NCBI GenBank assembly: GCA_030141605.1
Contig: JAQGDQ010000192.1
Location: forward strand, 186,001-250,000
Source: Tubiluchus corallicola
Taxonomy: Eukaryota; Animalia; Priapulida
Direction of reading: 5' to 3'
DNA: 64,000 nt
Made by a program: the position numbers and the translations under genes. Positions 41,066 through 64,000 of the stretch are shown here, one piece after another; the stretch's first letter is position 1; the number at the start of each line of letters is the position of its first letter. Below the pieces are notes generated by a model, which saw only the letters and a program-made list of their open reading frames with translations, searched no databases and was not told the origin of the DNA.

Positions 41066-44000
41066 ATGGCGTCGGGCGTAATGTTGAAATTGTGTCGTCC
41101 GCCCAAATTTTCTCTAAATTCTTATTTTATAAGAAAAAGTGTAAAAATTAAAACACCAAAACGATTTTTACATCGGTCACTAGAAATGTTTGGTAATATA
41201 TTTATTTCATTTTGTTTTTTAGTACAATATACGTACTGTAACTAAAACCATACTTTAGTTTACTGGTAATGGTACATGATTTTATTATCTCGAGAAGTAA
41301 GTTAAAACCTACCTTGGTTATCATTGAACAAAATCCTTTTGATTGTTTGGTTACAAGTAATGCCCACAATTATTTGGTATTTCCCAATGATCCATTGGCG
41401 ATCAGAATTGTTGGTGGCTATCGAAATTTTCAATTCGATTTCAATTTATTTATCTCTATAACATTACAATAGAACATTATTAATAACAGAATCACCAATA
41501 TGTTTTCAAGAATGGTTACAATGAATAGATAGATCTAAAACTAGAGAAAAGATAGCGAAAACACTATAACATCACCTAGTGTGCTATTCTTTACCGAACA
41601 TAGGTAAAATGATTGTTAGACAACGGTGGCAAAATTAATGATTAATTTAGAATTAAAAATTATTTAAATCATTTAAAATTATGATATTTGCTATATAGTT
41701 AAGTAATCCAAACTAAAGAAAATACATGTATTATAAGTTAGTGGGTAACAGAATATGGTCAATCTTGCATGAACTAAAAATAGCATTTTGATTTTGTGTG
41801 AAAAACAGGTCAAATTTGTTATGTAATAATAAAACACTTTCGGTTAATATACAGTTATTCAACAACAAGAATTAAATACGTTTTGATTTGGGTTCAACTC
41901 CATCATTTCTAGGCTTACTGAGTAAAAATAAACCTACTGACTTGGGCAATAATACTACATTAAATAATTTTCAATATCCTGATAAGACAAACATTTAGTT
42001 AAATAGGTTTTTATAAAATTTTTATAAAATTCGAATTTATGAATTGCAAACAGGTGCTACCCTCTGTGATATTGAAGATTACCTGTGTCTGTGCATACAA
42101 CGTGATGTGGCGTTCAGTTGTAGCAGTTTCAAAGTCATTTTACCCTGATAATCATTTATTGTGTGCCCTCTGTTTCTACTAGAATTTGACACAAAGGAGT
42201 GTATATCTTTTCTATCAGAGTATACAATCTTGTAAAGTTCACATGTCAGCTGTTAAATGCTGATATCGCAAACTTCATAAGGATCGCCAGCTGACAAACA
42301 CAAACATCCTTTTTTGTACTGATTCTAGTTTTAGACTTGCTGCTGCCTGTAAGGATTGAATGTTGAATCAATAAAGTCACTAGATAGTGAGTTAGAAATG
42401 TTATATCCATGGCTTTTCTTGTTCCGCACAGGCTTCCATATGCAAGCTAACCTGGGGTGATCTTATATTAATTACAAAATGATTTTTTGTTTGCGTTTCA
42501 TGTCTAATAGCACATTACATTACCTGATAACACACCTTCCTTATCAACTACTGCTATTAATCAAACTATTGCTAGTGTGCATAATATATTATTATTGCAC
42601 TGCTTATAAAGCTGGCAGTGTCTTAAACTAACAGAAACTACTGTACCATTAAATTTCCTCTTCTTTGTACATCTTCGATGTGGAAAAAGAACAGATAGTT
42701 ACTTTTTATTGCGCTGTTAGTTGAACATCTTTATAGGCTGAAAGTATCATCTGTTATAATGTTGTCAGGTATTGACCAAATTAAACTCACTTGCCTTTAG
42801 TTGCCAGTATATTGGTAATGTCAGTTTTTGTTTGTTCTGTTAAATTATGAGATTAGTAATGTCACGCTTTACGTGTGTTTTCCAGGAGTAACACCGATTA
42901 AAATTAATATGCCAGCTCTTTCACCAACAATGACAGAAGGAACTATTGTCAAATGGATAAAGCAAGAAGGTAGCTGATTTAAAAAAGTCCTTTACCTTTC
43001 ATTTCTTTAGGAAAAAATAAAACTTGAAAAGTGAAAAAAAGAAAAAATAGGCCTAAAAACTTGAGGTGTAAGTTTTGCGGATGTAATCTTAGCATCATGT
43101 ATCAACATATAAACTGAGCTGCCATTTCATTGAAGTGTGATACATTATTAGTGTTCTTATGGTTGTAATGTATGATATTCTGTTGTTTTCTTGTTTTAGT
43201 TACTTGAATATTCATAACCGAAAATGTACAAAAAATTCAATATTAAGCAAAATTTGCAATAATAGATTAAACAATGACACAACTGGAAACCAATGAGTTA
43301 ATTACCAAGTATTCACTTTTATGATTATTTATGATCCTATTTTAAAGATTATTAATGACATGCTGGCATAAATCCACAAATTTATTTCAAAAGGTCTGCG
43401 AAAATGTTCGTTTCATCATTTGCCTCCATTTTGTGGCTGCTTGCCTGACGTTGATAGGTTTGCTTACATTTATGCTTCACAGGAACATTTGTGGGCTAAT
43501 TTAGCTTGTTTTTCTTTTCTTCGTAGGTGACAATATTAGTCCCGGTGACATTCTTTGTGAAGTACAGACTGATAAAGCAGTTGTTGCATTTGAAATCGAG
43601 GAAGAAGGAACATTGGCAAAAATTATGGTAGTTACCGTTTTCCTTTTACATGTTTATACGTATCTAAATCACTCAGTTGTAGCGCCTCAATAAGTACAGT
43701 AGTTACAGTAGCAGCTTTTTCTATTGTAAGTTCAAATCTCATACTTTCAAGCTGCAGAACTGAACTGCCATTGTGATGAAGTGTCATACTTTGTTAGTGA
43801 ACACTAAAAGTGAGGCTATCATTTGAAAACACTTCTTGTGATGGTGTCGTCAGTAATTTAGCAATGACTAGTTCTAATATACATCAGATACATTTTTCCC
43901 ACTTTTTTCATTAGAGTTTGGTAAATGTATAGCCGTATATCTGATTATCTGATGTTGTCATTTGGTGCTGAATGCTGATCATAGTTCTTGTCTATTTCTT

Positions 44001-47000
44001 GTATGTTCTTTCACAAATTAACAAGTTAAGTTTTATTGTCAACTTTCCCAAACAGCTGTAATGTGGTATTGAAAAATTTTTTCTTTTATATTTTTGGTTG
44101 CTGGCAAGTGTGAGTTTTTCATGTTGAATAATGATGCATTAGATGTAGTCTATATTACATGTCTGAAATAATTTTGTTTAATGCAGTTTATTATAAAACA
44201 AATTCATTTCAAAAAAATAATGTTTTTGTTAAACTTTGTCTGTGTGTTGATAGGTACCTGAAAACACACAAAATGTGCCTCTTGGAACGTTAATTGCTCT
44301 AATGGTAGAGGAGGGTGAAGATTGGAAAGATGTAGAAATCCCTGAACCCGATGTTATGCCAGCTCAAGTTGTATCTGATGTTGGTACTCCTTCGGTTGAA
44401 CCACTGCAACCAACTACGGCTGCTGCACCATCTGAACCAGTACCCGTACTGCATGAAGAACATCCGTATGAGCATTTTTAAATCATTCAGAAGTAGTCGA
44501 TGATAATCAATATTCAAGGTTATAATAAACAAATTGTAATGAATAATTTGATTTGAATCTCACTCAGTTCAGAATAAATTCCGGATGACGGTGGCTGGTC
44601 GGCTTATGTGTTTTCGACATTTCAGATAAACTAAAAAATCTCTTTGACGCGTTGACAAAAGGCAATAACTTGGAATTCACAAAAACATTTATTTGGTGAG
44701 TCCAACGCATTTGTTAATGCCTTCATGCCTACGATTAATTTAAATATAACTGGCTAAGCAGCATCTTTATATTAAGAATTACATTGTGAATTCGAGAAAC
44801 TATAAACTGGCTTACCATTAGTAATAGATTTTGTTGGAAAACTGCTGTAAACAAATTTGCCTAGGTAGTTCAGAAGCTTGAAGTAGCTTGAAGTACCTCA
44901 TTCAAATTGATAGTAAAAAATCTGTATGCTAATAAAAAAGGTAAAAAATAGGCACATACAAATGACTCCATTAGTCTTGCAACTTGTGCAAAAGACATAT
45001 ATATAAAGATACATATATATACAAATTTAGCAAATTTTTTTATGCTGTATATCACTTTAGTGTACTCCATCTTCAAATTATTACTATTGCTATTCTTCCA
45101 TAATTTAACCTTGGTAGATACCCAGTATTATTTAGTAAGTGTCTTAGCAGGCAGTAATAAACCCCAAAGAAAAACTTTTTCACTGGGATACCTTCTAACA
45201 TCTACCCACTAGGATTCTTGTATAGCATTTGGCCTGTAATATTTCAGCAAGTAATAGAATCATCTGTGTTTGACAATGGTTGAGTATGCGCTTAATTTTT
45301 ATGTTTTGGACTAGTGTAAAGGTTTTTACTGTCATATTTGAATAACATGTGCTGCCTAGGTAAACATGTTTACAGTAGTTTTTCAACAAGTGTATTATAA
45401 TAGTAAATCTAGCTGTAGTTTCACCAATTAACAGTGTAATTATTAATGTAAAAATGCCATTTAGCCAATTTCGTCTATTAATTTTAATTGTGCTTACAGC
45501 ATTAATATGGCAAAATGCGCTGAATTCATCAGATAAAGGTTTTGATGCAAATAATGCATTGATGCATATTTGTATTGCCTATCTTTAAAGAAGACGTGAT
45601 ATATGTGGACTTTTTCTGGTATCATCTTGCACTTAACTGAGATTCATTTTACAGAAGTGCAATTGTCAAAATAAGGCTTTCTACCTGAAGAATAAATATA
45701 TTTTGATTGCAAATGGGTAGTATTTGCCCCCTTTAAGAATTTTTTATTTAAAATGCACTATCCGAATCATGATTTGGGATGTATTGTTTAGCTATGATGT
45801 CATTTGCAGTGCAAGGATGGGACCTTCAGTCTTAAGACTGCTAGAACAATATGCAATTCGTTTAGAAGATATCCCACCTACAGGCCCTCATGGAAATCTT
45901 ACTAAAGGGTATGGATTTTAATACTTATTTTCCGTAATGCTCATACCCTTTGTCAACCTGCTCTTATGCTAAGTGAGTTTATCGATACGGTAAAAAAACC
46001 CAAGTAATGAAAAATAAATGGTGAACACTTCTTAGCTAAAATTGTCATTAGTAGGGAGAAGATTATTGAAAAGGCTGTGTTGTTACTTGTTGGGAGGATA
46101 GCTGCTGTGCTTGGAAGACTGGTTTTCATAAAATGGTTAAGACATTGCTCCTCTGATTTTCATAAAAATTTGTTAAGTGAGATTTTTATTACAAATTTTT
46201 TATGAGCTTGTTGGAATGACGCTATTTTTAATAAAAGTACTGAACACATAAGTTCTTTAAGATCCTCCACTGCTCTGTATTCACAGTTATTCAGAAAGAA
46301 GGTTTATGTGATAATGACACCATTTCCACATCCCTAATGAAGCTCATTATCAAGATTGCTATGATGTCACAATATTCACATTTTCTTTTCCTTTTTTGTG
46401 TTTCCTTTATTATTGATCTGTGTGAGAATTCACTCTTCATGTTGTACATGTAATAGCTTTTTTCTAATGATCTTTTTGTTGTTTTTGTAGTGATGTGCTC
46501 AAACACATTAGTTCAAGAGATTTAAAACCCGTCGAAATAAAAGTTATGCCAGATGCAGCTCAACCCGTAGACATTTCTGTTACATCCATGCCAGATTTAA
46601 GTGTTACTGAAGGCATGGAATTTGTGGACATTGAGCTTTCAAATATGAGAAAGACTATAGCAAAGCGGTTAACAGAGTCTAAGCAAACAATTCCTCATTC
46701 ATACACAACAAGTGTTTGTGACTTGACAGAAATTCAACGTCTAAGAAAACAGTTTGCTGAAGAAGGTGTGAAACTGTCAGTCAACGATTTTATTATCAAG
46801 TCTGCTGCAGTTGCTTTGCAGGTAAAATGATAACGTTTATGAATACATCAGTTAAAATGAAATTAAAGCTAGATGAAGAGATTCTTATATGAAATGAAAA
46901 AAAATTGAAAAATAGGCATAGAATGAAATTAAAGCTAGATGAAGAGATTCTTATATGAAATGAAAAAAATTGAAAAATAGGCATAGACAGAGTGATAATA

Positions 47001-50000
47001 AAAACAAATCTGTTAATAACAGCATTTGTTCTTAGTATGAATGTCCGGTACCTACTGCTTATGCTTTACTGTTATGCTTTATTGTTAAATTTTGAATTAT
47101 TGAAAATCAATAATTTTATGTCAGTATGTAATCAAACAAATTTTTGTTATAATTATATATCTACATGATTTTATTATTACCTGTTTACAAAGTTATAAAC
47201 AACAATTAATATCAAACATACACATAAGTAAAAGTTCTTGGCTGTTGCAATTGTTTGATTTATAGCATTGGTAATTATTTCAGCAAATTCCAGAAATTAA
47301 TAGCACATGGAATGAACAATCTCAGTCTGCTCAACTATGGAATCAGGTGGACATTTCAGTGGCCGTAGCAACAGACGCTGGTCTTATTACACCTATTCTC
47401 AAAAATGTTACTGCTTTGGGGTTACAAGATATATCTGCTCAAGTAAAGGTACCGGTATATTATTGTTTTGTATTTAGTAAATATCTAATTTACTATTGCT
47501 GCGATGCTCGGCATACAAGGGCGAAACACCAAGTTGTTTGGTACATTCTGAGTGTACATTAAGTAAATCTAAAAAAACAGAATGCTCTTGCTACCCTAAT
47601 GACATATATGACTATATCATTGAATACCGAACAGAACTGGATGAAAAATGCTCAGTGGAACAAGTGAGAGAATGCATGGGTAGAGATTTGCTTTTGGCCC
47701 CTTGGATATTTCACCAGGTTGGCCCTTCTGTCAAAAGTTGCTCATTGTGACCTAAACTTATTTGCTTATGCTTCACTGTTCTGACATAGTGCTTTATTGC
47801 TAAATGTTCTCATTATTAAAGATCATTTGAAACAAATACTTTGACTTGAGTTCTTATTTGTTTTTTCTGAAATCACATGATTCCTGTCTGATTCCAACAA
47901 TAAAGGAATGCCTATATTTATGAATTTTTGTCAGTTGTGTTGATGTCGTTACTTTATTCTGTCAGTTTTGAGAAAAATAAAATAAATTATACATCAATAA
48001 GTTTTATTAAAAGGCCTAGATTAATGAAATCTCTAAAAGTCACAGTGTGAAGCAAGAAGAATAACTGAGCCTTCATGGTGTGTGCTTACCAACCAAAGTT
48101 AAGCAAGACCAAGCGTGATCACTAAATGAATTGGTGGCCACCGAGAAAACTGCTTTAACTGCTATACTACTTCTCGACAGTTTCTCGCTTTGAGAGAGGA
48201 CGTATGTGCACTAAAATGTCGCTGAGACACTCTTTTGTGACAGTCCACTATGTTATCTTGGAGGATTTTCCTTGATAATGATCTAGATTCCAATCCTGCC
48301 ACAACCATCTACAATACATATGCCCTCCTACTGAGTGTTAGATTCCTGCTCACAGAGTGCCAGTTATATAAAAAGGTCTATATGTATATAGGGTATCTCT
48401 AAAAATCACTATACACTTTGACTTATAATTTCCTTTTTTTAATTTTTCTCCAATCTCAGTGAGATCTTACATGAATCAAAAAGGGTCTTTATAAATTCAT
48501 TTTGCTTTTATTTTTGACTGAACACTGTTGCTATGGCAATGGTACTAATATTAGAAATGAGAGGCAAAACCAGCCTGACACGAGGTTTTTCTGTCACCAA
48601 CTGAAATTCAGCAGAAATTGAGAGCACTGTTTGAACCACACCATTCTTTCACAATTAAAAATGGAATTTTTCAACAAGATGCAGCCCTTCTTCACTACTC
48701 ATGCACTGTGAGAGACTTTTTCTATGCTAGATGCACTACTTGCCGTTGGATTGGTCTCCGAGGCCTAAAGTATGCTGTGAAAATAGCAAAGTGTAGTAAT
48801 TCTTTTCAGATTTTCATCTAATTTGATTAACAGAATTGCCTACTGTTTTAGTTCTTGTACCAGTTTTAAAACATTTTGTTTTGTTTGTTCAAAAATATCA
48901 AAAATGTAAAGTCTATAGTGACTTCTAAGACACTCTGTAGTTGATACTGTGAAAGGAATGCTATACGCGAAACATAATTTCGCATTGGTTTGATTAAATG
49001 ACTAATGTAATTACTGTTAGCCTGACTGAATGACATGTAATTACTGTTAATACATCCCTTGCTGCAATCCCAGAGCACTTGAATTCAGAGCATTTTGAAC
49101 TATAATGATAAAACTTTACTACATGTAGTTTTTATACATTAATAAGAGATTTATATTATATGTATGCGTAAGTTTTGTGAAATGTGGTTATACTGACTTT
49201 AAGCATAACAATTGGTTACTGATGTGTTACTGAAATGGTTAATGTGTATGGCAACATTAATAAATATGAATAGAAGAAAGCAATTTTCACTAACTGGTGG
49301 GTGGCATAGCTATGTGTAGTCAGGTTGTATGACTTGTATGTAAAGGCCGAGAACTAGCTGCTCCTACACTTAACCACTATTTACATTAAACTCTTTTATT
49401 AGGAATTGGCAACCAAAGCTAGAGAGGGGAAATTGCAGCCTCACGAGTTTCAGGGAGGAACATTTACGTAAGTTTAAATGAAGTCTTTCCAGTTGTTATT
49501 TAATGAAAGAGTTGGGTGCATAACCCAGAAAAACTTTGGATTAGATAGTGAATAATATAGCATGCTCAATAGCAAAAGCTTTGTAAAAAATGAGGTGCCA
49601 TTTATATCTTTTTGAGCGAATTTACCTTTGTGAAAATCTATGAATAACCACATTATATGGATTAAAACTGGTTGCTCTGTAGCTTGTGGACATGTTCTGC
49701 TGGAGCAACTGAATATGTCATTGAACCATCCTGTTATTTCGTTATTGTGCAACGTAGGTTATATTGATAATAAGCCTGTTCACAGTTCCAACGATTAATG
49801 ATGATTGGAAAGGTCAAAGGTTAAGTGTATCAGACAGCTTATTTGTGTACACTTGACAATATCTCGCAGCCCGTGCTATTGTAATTGTAACAGTTTTAAC
49901 AGCTAACTAGAACCTTTCCTAGTTCACTTTTTCTTGTTTCCAAGTAAGAGCTTGCTAATAAATCACTCTGCGCTTTAGACTAATGAATTTTTAAGTAAAG

Positions 50001-50497
50001 GCCATGTAAAATAACTGAAGTTACTGAACTGATGCGGCATATGGCTTTACTTTACCCACATGTCACGAGATGGTTGTAGTTAATATTGCTATAGTACACT
50101 TTACCTTTGACTTATAGCAAGTGTGAGCGAAACTGTAAAAAGGCTTATTGACAGTTTAATGCGTTTGAAACCTAATGACTTTATCTTGTAGCTTTCATAC
50201 AGTCTTTTTCTATTTTTTATACACAGTATATCAAATTTGGGGATGTTTGGCATCACAGAATTCACTGCTGTTATCAATCCACCGCAGTGCTGTATTATGG
50301 CTGTAGGTACGGCACGGGAAGTTCTTGATGAACATGCGGGTCATCGCTCACTTCTCAGTGTAACGCTTTCCAGCGATGTCCGTGCGATTGACGACGCCAG
50401 GGCATCTAAATTCCTAGAAGTGTTTACCAGTGTAATGAGTAACCCAATGTACATGGTTACAGGAGCCCCAGTGAAAATGAATTCTATCGAAATGTAA
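41066..50497 (+). CDS. PDHX: Pyruvate dehydrogenase complex component X (E3-binding protein), mitochondrial, 9 coding exons, 484 aa
   Basis: Exons: 41066-41192 (basic transit peptide [14 protein letters not shown]..); 42886-42969 ([19 protein letters not shown]); 43527-43627 (lipoyl motif EVQTDKAVV); 44254-44465; 45810-45908 (E3-binding [20 protein letters not shown]); 46491-46821 ([23 protein letters not shown]); 47284-47448 ([16 protein letters not shown]); 49403-49467 ([13 protein letters not shown]); 50227-50497 ([17 protein letters not shown]). GT-AG throughout, phases consistent, 1455 nt. A single lipoyl domain and no DHRxxDG catalytic His identify E3BP rather than DLAT. Confidence 0.95.
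41428..41560 (-). mobile_element. LINE 3'-end fragment in PDHX intron 1 (same family as 40222-40480)
   Basis: Shared ACAATAGAACATTATTAATAACAGAATC..AAGAATGGTTACA..TAAAACTAGAGAAA. Confidence 0.6.
46856..46986. repeat. Recent 66-bp tandem duplication in PDHX intron 6
   Basis: Two copies of AATGAAATTAAAGCTAGATGAAGAGATTCTTATATGAAATG(A)nTTGAAAAATAGGCATAG differ only by one A. Confidence 0.95.
48075..48355 (+). mobile_element. 5S rRNA-derived SINE, copy B (PDHX intron 7)
   Basis: ACCAAAGTTAAGCA (5S box A-like)..GAGAAAACTGCT..CTTGATAATGATCTAG..CCTGCCACAACCAT..CTACTGAGTG; colinear with 59445-59720. Confidence 0.65.
48388..48780 (+). mobile_element. Tc1/mariner-superfamily transposase remnant (PDHX intron 7)
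   Basis: [26 protein letters not shown] corresponds to the FQQDGAPPH..VR.FL..RWIGR.GP second-Asp motif. A TA-flanked TIR-like start (TATAGGGTATCTC) precedes it. Confidence 0.75.
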
Positions 50498-51305
50498 ACC
50501 TTAATGATAATTTTTTGTAGATGATAATGCATGTAAAATAGTTTATATACTGACACAGTTAGAGTTGTTCCACGTCCATGTAACTTGTAGTGCGTATTGT
50601 TTAGTTTAGTTACTATAGACTTGTAACATTGTCATCATTATGCATCTTAAATGGAGTCAAGACTGTAGTGATTGTTACAACTTAAATGATTATACTTTTC
50701 CATAGTAGTATTTATGATGTTGCCAGTACCTTGTAAGAAGCCCGAAAGAAACAACGGGAGGCAGTACTTAAATAATGTTGGATATGCTATAAAACACTGG
50801 ATATTGTGTCACATGTTTGAATGTTGGGAACTAGTCAGGTGGATGAATGTAGGTCTATTACTGCTACAGAAAGATTCTGGAGTTGTTACTTTAACTTGCA
50901 TTTGTCGTTTACATCTGAAATGATAATAATAGATGTGAAAGTATCACCAGGCATTTAAATGTGTTACATGGCGCTAAGCTGACTAAGATTTGAACAAATT
51001 ACGGAAGCCCTCTTGTAAACTCTGCATATTATGGCAGCTTGCCGAGATAAATCTCTAATATAAATAATCACTTATTTTAATAATGATGTGTTGTTCTCCA
51101 TTCAGCTATAGATGTCATAATTCAAAGATGGTGCAGATGAAATATATGCTGAGTGTATTACTGAAATTAGAAATTAAGTTTACATCTATCTTACATATAC
51201 AGCAGATCAGCTCTGCCACAGTGTCATACAACCGTGTCTATCTGGGAACAACTTAGACCTAGGAATTTAAAAATATTTCAAAGTAGATGTGGAAGAGGAC
51301 TAAAC

Positions 51306-51486
51306 AATAAAAGTATTAATGTTTTTTCCTGTTACAGAGACCTGCCATAATAAACTGTCAATTGTAGTTTTATGACCAACTGCCTTTAGTTTAGCAGATT
51401 TTGTAAAATAGTTCTGTCTTTATTATGATCATCTAGTCAACAAAGAAATTGTTTATAATCCCTTTTGTTGATTTTGTTGAAATAAA
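51306..51486 (+). terminator. Candidate PDHX polyadenylation signals (AATAAA at 51306, 51349, 51481)
   Basis: First plus-strand AATAAA hexamers seen after the PDHX stop; the 51481 site is followed by T/GT-rich sequence. Confidence 0.4.
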
Positions 51487-52180
51487 CTTGTTAAAAGTCT
51501 TTGTGTTTTAGATACTGTGCATCAATTTGTTCTTTGTTACATACTAAACTCACAGCTCATGCTTAGGTATTTTAAAGTGTTGCACATCTGCATTTGTCAA
51601 AAAATTACTTAGCTTTGCTTTGAATTGCTTTTCTGTTTAATTAGTTTGTTGGCTTTATTTGATTTTTTTGTGGTATTCTGCATAGCGTTGTAAGAGTTTT
51701 GTTGGTGATACTAAGAAAAATTGCGCAACAATCCCCTCTTGGGGCTTGCATCAGTTTTAGAACTAGATATTGCTTCGATATGAGCAAACCACTTAGAGAC
51801 ACTCATCACCCGCTTGTCTCTACTGTTAAAATATAAAAGCATTAGTCTACTAAGTACACAGTGTTAGTAAAGAACTCGGTACACAATTATGGTAGGTCAT
51901 TTAAAAACTGTTTAATAACTAACTGTTATTTCAGTAACAGAAAACGACAATAAATAGCGAGTCTTTCATGAGCCAAAAGTTCATTTAATTGTTGCCATTA
52001 AAGTCGCAGTAAAAGGCTCACGTTGATACAAATTCTCTTTTCATAGTTCGTTGATTGGTTGAAATTGTCTGCAAAATTACGCACCAGGCAAATGAATGTC
52101 TCTCTGCTTGGCTTGTTGAACCCGTCGTGGGCTGAAAAAATCTGCTTTTGCAGGACCGTTAAATTTTTGGTAGAAAAGCA

Positions 52181-62766
<10,586 letters not shown>

Positions 62767-62870
62767 CTGTTATGAAATATGTAACAGTAAAAATTTCACG
62801 GCTTTAAAAGTTACAAGCTCGCTTTAATGTAAGTAATCCAATATTACTGTAATAAGACAAAGACAAGATT

Positions 62871-63048
62871 TACTGTCCGTCGCTCATTTAACTGACAACA
62901 TTAGCATTAATGGCTATTTAGCAACTTACACTTACAAAGGACGCAACACACAAATAAAGAATAACATGTAGGTTGTAAGTCCTGGCGTTGGCAGCCGCTA
63001 GTTTCCAACTCAAGATTGCAGTCCAAAATCTAAACCACTTGGCCACAC
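62871..63048 (-). mobile_element. tRNA-derived SINE, family A copy 2
   Basis: Colinear with 7961-8150 (GTCCTGGC.TTGGCAGCCG..AACTCAAGA..TCTAAACCACT.GGCCAC). Confidence 0.75.
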
Positions 63049-63742
63049 AACTAGAACGAAGGTGACCAAGCTGGTTTATATAAAAGTTCACTAAATTGTG
63101 AGTTAACTATGGTCTGCCTCGAGGCGTCAGCATTATTAAACGACGGAACAACTGCAAACATTTTCTATTTGCTGAATCACAAATCCTGCACAGTTCTTTC
63201 AAAATTGAAAGTTCCAATTCTCTGTGCCACAGAATCAAATTAAAAAAAAACAATACTAATATCATGAATTTGAATATGAAAGAAAATAGTTTAGCAAAAC
63301 AATATTTTACCTCCACAGTGAGCAAATGAATAACGAAAGTAGCCAGGCTTGCACTCGCAATAGTAGCTTCCTTGCGTATTTACACAAACATGGTCACAGG
63401 TAGCGTTATGTTCACATTCATTCACGTCTGAAATAATTAATATTATTAGAAATAGTATTACTAAGTGACTAAGTAGAAGTTAGTCTTTTTTGCAGGACCA
63501 GTATGACTGCCTACTTAACTGATTGCTCAACTGACCAATCAGCAGGTTAGCTAAGTGATTGAGTATTTACTTGACTGACTTAATTCGCTCAATGACTGAG
63601 TGAGAAACTGTCTGTTTAATTAATAATTTTCTTTCGGTTAGATGACTCTGACCAATTGATTGACAGCTTAGTTAGCTGCCTGACTTTACCGACAAATAAA
63701 AGAAACATTCATTGTCCAATGACAACTGTACAATAAAAAGAT

Positions 63743-63892
63743 GGCTAAAGTTCACAATTCCCCACACGCAAGAAATTAGGGTTACGATTACGATTAGGGT
63801 TTGAGTTTGGGATAGAGTTAGGGTGCGTTAGAATTAATGTCAGGGTTAGGGTTAGGGTATTTAAATTCTGTAGGGAATTGTAAACTCCTTCC
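63743..63892. mobile_element. GG-terminated MITE with telomere-like core, copy 3
   Basis: Imperfect 24-bp TIRs GGCTAAAGTTCACAATTCCCCACA / GGAAGGAGTTTACAATTCCCTACA, a perfect 8-bp TSD AAAAAGAT (63735-63742, 63893-63900), and internal TTAGGG-like hexamers. Confidence 0.85.
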
Positions 63893-64000
63893 AAAAAGAT
63901 TTATTGTGATTTAAGTTTTTGATCATAAACTTGATCATTTTGTTCACAAAAAACAACTACAATAATTTATTGTTGAAACAGTAAAATATAAACTCTGCTA

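Overview
AT-rich, repeat-rich genomic DNA from an intron-containing invertebrate animal, not a prokaryote. TTAGGG-type repeats suggest a non-arthropod metazoan. Three protein-coding genes can be assembled exon by exon with GT-AG junctions and consistent phases. APIP/MtnB (minus, 7 coding exons, 237 aa) and PDHX/E3BP (plus, 9 coding exons, 484 aa) are head-to-head with start codons 350 bp apart. The 3' part of a SCUBE gene (minus, 11 exons; 5' end outside the window) converges on PDHX. The first ~34 kb has no recognisable host exon and holds microsatellites and transposon remnants: a Harbinger deletion derivative, a hAT MITE with a nested LINE, a solo LTR, Helentron-type repeats and SINEs. The most unusual items are a ~215-bp palindrome downstream of APIP whose two arms each carry a degenerate minimal hammerhead-ribozyme motif, a GG-terminated 8-bp-TSD MITE family with telomere-like repeats, a 5S-rRNA-derived SINE family, and the APIP-PDHX(-SCUBE) linkage. 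Most long ORFs in the supplied track are microsatellite artefacts. All calls are by eye; no searches were run.
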